This document shows, one piece after another, positions 58,401 to 64,000 of a stretch of 64,000 nucleotides of DNA (position 1 is its first letter; every line of letters begins with the position of its first letter). The DNA lies in contig CAWBOS010000006.1 in the NCBI GenBank assembly GCA_963790475.1, positions 384,001 through 448,000 on the forward strand, in the 5' to 3' direction. The DNA comes from an uncultured delta proteobacterium. Its GTDB lineage: Bacteria; Desulfobacterota; RBG-13-43-22. A model generated the notes under the pieces. That model did no database searches, had not been told where the DNA came from, and was given only the letters and a program-made list of their open reading frames with translations. The position numbers were made by a program, and so were the translations under genes.

Positions 58401-59100
58401 CGAGAAAAATCTGACGGAAGAATCCGCTGAAACGCTGAAGGAAAACATTCGCGCCGGTGACGCCGATCTGAAACAGATTATGGTTGATATTGGAGGAATC
58501 AAGAAGATCTTGAGTGAAGATGAAAAACAAAGGGAGAACCAAAAAGAGCGCCTAAAAAACATTGACGCTCAGAAAAGGGAATGTTCACGATGGGATAACC
58601 TGCATCAGCTCATCGGTTCTGCCGACGGGAAGAAATTCCGGAATTTTGCCCAGGGGCTGACCTTTGAGATGATGACCGCTCATGCCAACCAGCAGCTCCG
58701 GAAGATGACGGATCGCTATCTCCTCATCCGCGACACCGCCCAACCCTTGGAACTGAATGTCATCGACAACTACCAGGCAGGTGAGATCCGTTCCACCAAG
58801 AATCTCTCCGGCGGGGAAAGCTTTATCGTGAGCCTTGCCCTGGCGCTTGGCCTTTCTCAGATGGCCAGCCGGAATGTCCGGGTTGACTCCCTCTTTCTCG
58901 ATGAGGGATTCGGCACCCTTGATGAAGATGCCCTCGAAACGGCCTTGGAAACACTGGCGGGACTGCGGCAGGACGGCAAGCTTATCGGCGTTATATCCCA
59001 TGTCACGGCACTCAAGGAACGTATCGGCGCTCAAATAGAGGTAATCCCTGAGACGGGCGGCCGTAGCAGCCTGTCTGGCCCAGGATGCCGGAAGATTTGA
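55429..59100 (+). CDS. sbcC: Exonuclease SbcCD ATPase subunit
   Basis: GPTGAGKT, LAQG, CPLCG zinc hook, LSGGESF, FLDEGFGTLD, ISH. Confidence 0.95.
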   Translation: MRIIGVRFKNLNSLVGEWQVDFTHPDYSAEGLFAITGPTGAGKTTIMDAICLALYGSTPRLGKITKNSNEIMSRQKGECFAEVTFETQKGRYRCHWSQHRARKKPEGELQQARHEIADTDTDRVLESKINQVGEFIEKVTGMDFERFTRSMLLAQGGFAVFLQADPNERAPILEQITGTEIYSRISVKVHERRTEENNRLEMLQAELKGIQVLNEDEEKGLQAGLIEKQRQETERTGKLEEMGKALSWIEGMVALKKELEELDRKQQEFELRCQVFAPESKKLEKSRKALVLEGDYRGLSALRELQESEIKELHGAVARLPDKEKSGAEAIALRQTAEILLHKSRARQMSEGEVIRKVRDLDVRLGEQKKQLAEKDKAIGEIEKQGEGYKTVIKSDEEGLKKAQAVLEAIDEYRSKHADDAALVTNLGAIERRFALLREVESKRVKAGDELSATAGKKEIALADYAKREAAHKKSHRAFEKSQNDLKTLTDEITTILQGRDIGLWRSEADALKDRERLLILTGETFERINRTSKALNTLKTNWEALNADCARILNEIKSCTDQKTSLEKDMASREMQVSLLSRIRDLEEERKCLEDGQPCPLCGATEHPYAVGNVPVLTEAEAELRKTKDEFKKVSNHLNKLENDQVKTATKIQHTEKELAEKQAALDADEKQWADALLRLKIEVSQNEREGKIREEIAGVQAKIAGTTGIVALFEEKSRQEKSAQTALEKKRKTFDEAGEALQEARHHLEIAGRDHERLSKDCTLLAEETEKARIAALADVESFGISGISLDSLDALWQDLTGRKDAWQAKEAGKATQEKQINKLKAGIEKYQALLRSLEEDLGARRQDRDGLKEEYEFLSASRRELFDEKNTDHEEKRLAEEVDKAGRVLEDAREDNGIIEKEISALKEKIASWQGKTDHRAVELAQAEKQWGERLKRTGFENEAEYLSSRLSEEEREILAEKERSLIKEKTELDARRKDRSKALAAEREKNLTEESAETLKENIRAGDADLKQIMVDIGGIKKILSEDEKQRENQKERLKNIDAQKRECSRWDNLHQLIGSADGKKFRNFAQGLTFEMMTAHANQQLRKMTDRYLLIRDTAQPLELNVIDNYQAGEIRSTKNLSGGESFIVSLALALGLSQMASRNVRVDSLFLDEGFGTLDEDALETALETLAGLRQDGKLIGVISHVTALKERIGAQIEVIPETGGRSSLSGPGCRKI

Positions 59101-59251
59101 TTGGACTGATCCTATGAGGGCAATTCGGAGATAGAAACCTAAAGATAAATTAAGCAAGAAGGAGCCAGGACAATACTCACTGACTTCGGCCAATCTATTT
59201 GAAAAATTATAGGCCTAACAGGAACCAAAAAGAAATTTAGGAGCGATTCAT

Positions 59252-61405
59252 ATGACTGAAGATATCTACTCTTTCTGCCCTATTTGCGGCTCTCACTGTT
59301 CCTTAGTGGTTACGGTCAAAGACGGGAAGGCCGTGGATGTAAGGGGAGCCGGAGAGTTGGGATTCCAGGTGACCACCTGTTCTATCCGCAAAGGCGAGGG
59401 CCATATCCTGGGCATACTCAATGCCCCCGACCGGCTAAAATACCCGCTCAAACGGAAGGGAGCCAGGGGCGAAGGTAAATGGGAGCGGATTACCTGGGAC
59501 GAAGCTTTAGATACCATGACCAAGACGATCATGGATATCAGGGAAAAGTATGGTCCCGAGTATTTCGCCATATTGCTTGGCGAACCCAAAGGAATGGAGT
59601 TTCATTTCGCGCAGCGTTTCGGCACGGCCTATGGCACGCCGAACGTGTTCACGCCGGGATGCTACTGCGGTTGGCAGACGGGAATGGCCACTCAAATGAC
59701 TTTTGGCCCGGTGTTCCTGTGGGCCAGGCCGGAATCCAAGCCCAAAATCATTATGATCTGGGGCAGCAACCCCGCCCATGTGGGGGGGACCATGATCGGC
59801 TTAACCAGAAACGACATCATCCGCTCTGTGGCCGAAGGCTGTAAGCTGGTGATCGTGGACCCCCGTAATATAGAAATCTGGCCGGAAAAGGGCATGCGGG
59901 CCTCTGATGCGGATCACTGGCTGAAGCTCAGGCCAAACAGCGACGGCATTCTGGCCATGGGCATGATCAAAGTCATCATCGAGGAGGAACTGTACCATAA
60001 GGAGTTCGTAAGGGACTGGTGCGTCGGTTTCGAGGAACTGCGCGCGGAAATGAAGAATTTCACCCTGGAGGATGTTGAAAAATATTCCTGGATACCCAAG
60101 GAACAGGTCAGGGAGGTGGCCAGGTTATATGCCACGAACGTGCCCGGCGTCATCGGCTGGGGCAATGCCCTCGAAAACCATGGCCGGTCTCTTCAACAAT
60201 GCCGGGCCATCTCTATTTTGCGGGCCCTGACGGCCAATGTGAAAACCCCCTGGGGCGGCTATGCTGAACTCATACCGGCAAATTATGGCCCTCCGGGCAA
60301 GTTTATCTTTGGAGGGGCGGTAAAAGAGAGGGCCAGGGAATTCCCCAGATCTCCGGAGAGGGCCATCAGTGATTTCAAGCTGGGGCTCAAGAGCGCCTTC
60401 ATTCCCACTCAGATGCTGATCAAGACCCTCCTGGAAGGAAAACCCTATGTCCCTAAGGCCGCCTGGATCATTCTAAATAACCCTCTGCTCACCTTCCCCG
60501 ATTCTAAGGCAACCAAGCGCGCCTTCCTGAAGCTGGAGCATATCTTTGTCAATGAGGTATTTCATACCCCCATGACCGAGATTGCCGATCTCGTCCTGCC
60601 GGCCGCCTGGATGATGGAACATGACACCTGCTCCTTTTGGCCCGGATGGCTGGGAAAAATAAAATCGAGTCCCAAGATTGTGGCCCCACCGGGTGAAGCC
60701 TGGTCGGATATGAAGATTGTGAACGAACTGGCCAAGAGGTGCGGGTATGAAAAGTACTTCTGGGAAACGGAGGAAGGCGGTTTGGATGAATTCCTGAAAC
60801 CTTCGGGATATTCCTGGAACCAGTTCCGCGATCACGTGGGGTGCCTGGAATCAGGTTTCAACTATTCTCCGGACACCATTGTTCCCTTCCCCACCCCTTC
60901 AGGAAAAGTGGAATTATTTTCCTCCATGGCCGTGGCCATGGATTACACCGGGGTCCCGACCTTCAAAGACCTCCTGGATGTCTTTACCGATCGGTTTGAA
61001 CTGACACCGGAATACCCTTTGGTCATGACGAATTACAAAAGCGAGGTCTTCTTCCTCTCCGGATACAGAAACGTTAAAGAGCTCCTGGCGAAGTCCCCTC
61101 CCCCCACGGCCTTTATGAATACCGAAGCGGCCGCGAATCTCGGACTGCAGGACGGGGACTGGATCTGGATTGAAAGCCCGCGGGGCAGAATAAAGCACAT
61201 GCTTATGACCGAACCCTCCTTAGACCCGAGGGTGGTGAACACCGAATTCGGATGGGGCGGCACGGAAGAGTACAAGGACTGTAATATAAACGTGTTGACG
61301 GACTATCGGCCCCCCTATGACCCGGGAATGGGAACAGCGACCCTTCGCGGATATCCCTGCAAGGTTTACAAGGCCCGGAGAAAAAAAATAAGGAGAAGGA
61401 TATAA
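59252..61405 (+). CDS. Cytoplasmic Mo/W-bisPGD oxidoreductase
   Basis: CPICGSHC...C, DRLKYPLKR, ITWDEALD, ADLVLPAA, TPSGKVE; no Tat signal. Confidence 0.9.
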   Translation: MTEDIYSFCPICGSHCSLVVTVKDGKAVDVRGAGELGFQVTTCSIRKGEGHILGILNAPDRLKYPLKRKGARGEGKWERITWDEALDTMTKTIMDIREKYGPEYFAILLGEPKGMEFHFAQRFGTAYGTPNVFTPGCYCGWQTGMATQMTFGPVFLWARPESKPKIIMIWGSNPAHVGGTMIGLTRNDIIRSVAEGCKLVIVDPRNIEIWPEKGMRASDADHWLKLRPNSDGILAMGMIKVIIEEELYHKEFVRDWCVGFEELRAEMKNFTLEDVEKYSWIPKEQVREVARLYATNVPGVIGWGNALENHGRSLQQCRAISILRALTANVKTPWGGYAELIPANYGPPGKFIFGGAVKERAREFPRSPERAISDFKLGLKSAFIPTQMLIKTLLEGKPYVPKAAWIILNNPLLTFPDSKATKRAFLKLEHIFVNEVFHTPMTEIADLVLPAAWMMEHDTCSFWPGWLGKIKSSPKIVAPPGEAWSDMKIVNELAKRCGYEKYFWETEEGGLDEFLKPSGYSWNQFRDHVGCLESGFNYSPDTIVPFPTPSGKVELFSSMAVAMDYTGVPTFKDLLDVFTDRFELTPEYPLVMTNYKSEVFFLSGYRNVKELLAKSPPPTAFMNTEAAANLGLQDGDWIWIESPRGRIKHMLMTEPSLDPRVVNTEFGWGGTEEYKDCNINVLTDYRPPYDPGMGTATLRGYPCKVYKARRKKIRRRI

Positions 61406-62448
61406 TGCAAAAGAAGTTAAAGAAAAAAGATTTTAAAAAATTCTTCGGGGACCTTAAAAAAGGTTACAAAATATTCGCTCCTACCAAAAAAGGGACCATC
61501 ACGACTTACAACTTCGGGACCTTTGACTATGTCGATGATATTAAATGGTTGAGCTTGGACAGGAATCCGATTTCCTCCCCCAAAAAACTATTCCTCCCGG
61601 ATGGGGAGGCCCTCTTCAAATTCGAGAAAATGGGCCATGATGTAATCGTTAGAGAAGGGGAGCCGGAATGGAAGGAGAAACGAGTCCTTCTGGGAGTGAG
61701 ACCCTGCGACCTCGCAGCCATGGCCAAATTCGATAAGGTCTTCAATGAGGCCTATGATGACCCTCTTTACCGGGAAAGGAGAAAGAATACCCTCATCATC
61801 GGTATGACCTGCAATGAAAAGACCGATGACTCCTGCTTCTGCACGGTGACCGAGTCCGGGCCGGATATGGATTCGGGTTATGACCTGCTCATGACCGATG
61901 TCGGTGACAGCTATTTTTTCCAATCAGGCAGCCAAGAGGGGGAACTCTTACTGAAAAAGAGCTACTTCAAGGATGTGTTACCCGAGGATGTGGAAGCGCG
62001 GGGCCAAAGGATAGCAGAACTAAAAAAGGATTTGGAATCCAGGAACAAACTCGATCTCACCAATATAAAAGAGACGCTGGGCAAAGCCTATGGCAGCCCG
62101 ATATGGGACAAATACGGGAAGCGATGTGTGACTTGCGGGGCCTGCAATATGGTCTGCCCGACCTGTCACTGTTTCACCATCCTCGATAAGGCCAATGTGG
62201 GCAAAACCGAAGGTAAGAGAGTCCGCATTTGGGATTCCTGTCACTACGAGAAATTTGCCAAAATGGCCGGAGGATTCGATATCAGGCCGGAAAAAGTATC
62301 AAGGCTCAAACACCGGCTGTACGACAAATTCTATTATCCCTTTATCACCTATGGAGAGGGGTTCTGCGTGGGTTGCGGACGATGTATCCGGCATTGTCAA
62401 AGTGAAATAGATATCCGTGAGGCCTTAAGAGAGGTGGGCAATGAGTAA
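61405..62448 (+). CDS. 4Fe-4S dicluster protein, AsrA / sulfhydrogenase beta-like
   Basis: GVRPCD, CFC, CVTCGACNMVCPTCHCF, WDSC, CVGCGRCIRHC. Confidence 0.9.
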   Translation: MQKKLKKKDFKKFFGDLKKGYKIFAPTKKGTITTYNFGTFDYVDDIKWLSLDRNPISSPKKLFLPDGEALFKFEKMGHDVIVREGEPEWKEKRVLLGVRPCDLAAMAKFDKVFNEAYDDPLYRERRKNTLIIGMTCNEKTDDSCFCTVTESGPDMDSGYDLLMTDVGDSYFFQSGSQEGELLLKKSYFKDVLPEDVEARGQRIAELKKDLESRNKLDLTNIKETLGKAYGSPIWDKYGKRCVTCGACNMVCPTCHCFTILDKANVGKTEGKRVRIWDSCHYEKFAKMAGGFDIRPEKVSRLKHRLYDKFYYPFITYGEGFCVGCGRCIRHCQSEIDIREALREVGNE

Positions 62449-63280
62449 TCCCTACATACCCCAATTGGCTTTGATCAAAGAGATTACCGAAGAAAGCGCG
62501 AACATTCGGACTTTTACCGTCTCCTTCAAGGATAAAACCTCGTTCGACCCGCAGCCGGGACAGTTCATTGAGCTCTCCCTGTTTGGTTACGGCGAATTTC
62601 CGGTGAGCATTGCCGGGGTCATCGATCCGGCGGCCGGGATCTTCCAGACAACGATCCGGCGCATGGGAGGAGTCACTGAGGGCATCGCTGATCTAAAGGT
62701 GAACTCGACGGTAGGGGTCAGGGGACCTTTCGGCAAAGGATACCCGCTGGGAAAAATGGACGGCAAGGATGTTGTCCTGGTTGCCGGTGGCCTGGGCATG
62801 GCCAGCATTAAATATTTAGTCGATTGCCTGCTGAAGAACCGTGACCGGTACGGGAGGATCATACTGCTTTACGGGGCGGCAACTCCAGGGGATATCCTGT
62901 ACAAAAACAATCCGTCACTCTATCACCCGGAAACAAAAGAAAAGCCATTGGAAGTTTTCTTCACCGTAGATAAACCGGACAGTGAGTGGAAAGGGAACGT
63001 GGGGATCGTAACCGAGCTGCTTGATAAAATAGAGCCGGCCCTGGATATCAGCAAGTCCGTGGTTGCCGCCTGCGGCCCGAGTAAGATGATGAAGGCGGTG
63101 GTTGATCGGTTTATTCTGGCCGGGTTCAAGGGAGAGCAGTTGTTGCTGTCCTTTGAGAGACGAATGCAGTGCGGGATGGGCATGTGCGGACATTGCATGA
63201 TGGGAGAAAAACGGGTTTGCCTGGATGGACCGGTCATCTCTTTCCATAATGTAAAAGATACACTGGAAAACCTGTTTTAA
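62441..63280 (+). CDS. FAD/NAD(P)-binding 2Fe-2S protein, AsrB / sulfhydrogenase gamma-like
   Basis: PGQF, RGPFGKG, AGGLG, CGP, ERRMQCGMGMCGHC...VCLDGPV. Confidence 0.9.
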   Translation: MSNPYIPQLALIKEITEESANIRTFTVSFKDKTSFDPQPGQFIELSLFGYGEFPVSIAGVIDPAAGIFQTTIRRMGGVTEGIADLKVNSTVGVRGPFGKGYPLGKMDGKDVVLVAGGLGMASIKYLVDCLLKNRDRYGRIILLYGAATPGDILYKNNPSLYHPETKEKPLEVFFTVDKPDSEWKGNVGIVTELLDKIEPALDISKSVVAACGPSKMMKAVVDRFILAGFKGEQLLLSFERRMQCGMGMCGHCMMGEKRVCLDGPVISFHNVKDTLENLF

Positions 63281-63400
63281 TCACCTATGAAATATTCAGC
63301 TAATAGGCCAGAGGAGGTCTTGTTTCCGGGATTGTAAAGGGAGAGGGTTTTCTGAGCGAAACGAGGCGGTGAAGGGCAGGACAATAACGTTTAATGGTTG

Positions 63401-63435
63401 AAAAAAAAGAAGGGGGATTTACTTGAAATCCCCCT
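63401..63435 (-). terminator. Rho-independent terminator
   Basis: 10-bp stem AGGGGGATTT/AAATCCCCCT with T8 tract on the minus strand. Confidence 0.8.
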
Positions 63436-63457
63436 CTTCTGTCATCAGGGGAAAAGA

Positions 63458-63721
63458 TTATTTCTTTTCCGCCGGAGCCGCAGGAGCTTCTTCTTTAGGA
63501 GCGGCTTTCTTTACTTTCTTTACCTTTTTCTTTTTGGCTGCTTTCTTCATCGGAGCTTTTTCTGGAGCTTTTTCTTCAGCCTTGGCTGGTTCAGCCGGAG
63601 CAGCAGCAGCAGGTTTGTCCATCGGTTTCTTTTCTTCCCTCTTCATCGGTTCAGCGGCAAAAGCCAAAGAAAAAACCAAAGAGAATGCCAAAGTCATGGT
63701 CCAAACGATTAACTTTTTCAT
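63458..63721 (-). CDS. Small secreted Lys/Ala/Glu/Pro-rich protein
   Basis: GGAGG RBS, signal peptide ending AFA, low-complexity mature part. Confidence 0.8.
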   Translation of the reverse strand: MKKLIVWTMTLAFSLVFSLAFAAEPMKREEKKPMDKPAAAAPAEPAKAEEKAPEKAPMKKAAKKKKVKKVKKAAPKEEAPAAPAEKK

Positions 63722-63801
63722 AGATTTTCACCTCCCTTATCTTGTATTTTAACGATCTATCTCCAATACTTTCATGGGGAATCTTAACTAACCAGAGTTA
63801 A

Positions 63802-63818
63802 AGCAAAGATAATGCCAA
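63802..63818 (-). promoter_or_regulatory. sigma54 (-24/-12) promoter
   Basis: Minus strand TTGGCATTATCTTTGCT = GG-N10-GC. Confidence 0.75.
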
Positions 63819-64000
63819 AAGATAAATTACATGAATTAGACAAGTTACAAAATAACCAAGTTCCCTTAAAGGGCAAGATTTCCTTTTTTGGGAATTCTTA
63901 GACCTATATTGAAAATATATTGCAATTTTTGGAAAAATGGCGGGTATTTTTTCTATTCAAGTACCTGCCGATTATACATTCCTGAATACCGGGGTTGGGC

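Noticed and set aside
59252-61405. Acetylene hydratase or selenocysteine-containing enzyme
   Set aside because: No Asp after the second Fe-S Cys (CPICG) and no in-frame TGA in the ORF

Overview
Bacterial chromosomal window. Gene content (chemosensory cluster, CoA-transferases, TAXI-TRAP, YedF, Fe-S and Mo/W-bisPGD enzymes, a sigma54 promoter) suggests an anaerobic deltaproteobacterium/Desulfobacterota (inference). In order: the 3' part of a chemosensory operon (cheA'-MCP-cheW-cheR-cheD-cheB-REC/GGDEF) with single-base frameshifts in cheA and cheB; NYN/DOMON/phosphotransferase genes; rmlA-rmlB-rmlD; assorted catabolic genes; a Phd/PIN toxin-antitoxin pair followed by an AT-rich cassette of three unknown genes (20996-22819) that looks like a chaperone-antitoxin-ADP-ribosyltransferase-like defence module; acyl-CoA metabolism genes including an atypical CoA-transferase-fold pair lacking the catalytic Glu; Na/Pi and TAXI-TRAP transporters; a complete IS1182-family element with a CTAG duplication; a ~16 kb defence island (HTH-fused HsdM, HsdS, RhuM-Fic, HsdR, M48 peptidase, PHP-ATPase, SbcDC) that begins at a junction of two gene fragments; and a Mo/W oxidoreductase coupled to AsrAB-like subunits. 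Many intergenic gaps hold 7-9 bp tandem arrays arranged as nested inverted arms, plus REP-like palindromes, some read in frame inside a gene. No rRNA, tRNA or CRISPR array was seen. All calls come from motif reading; no database searches were run.
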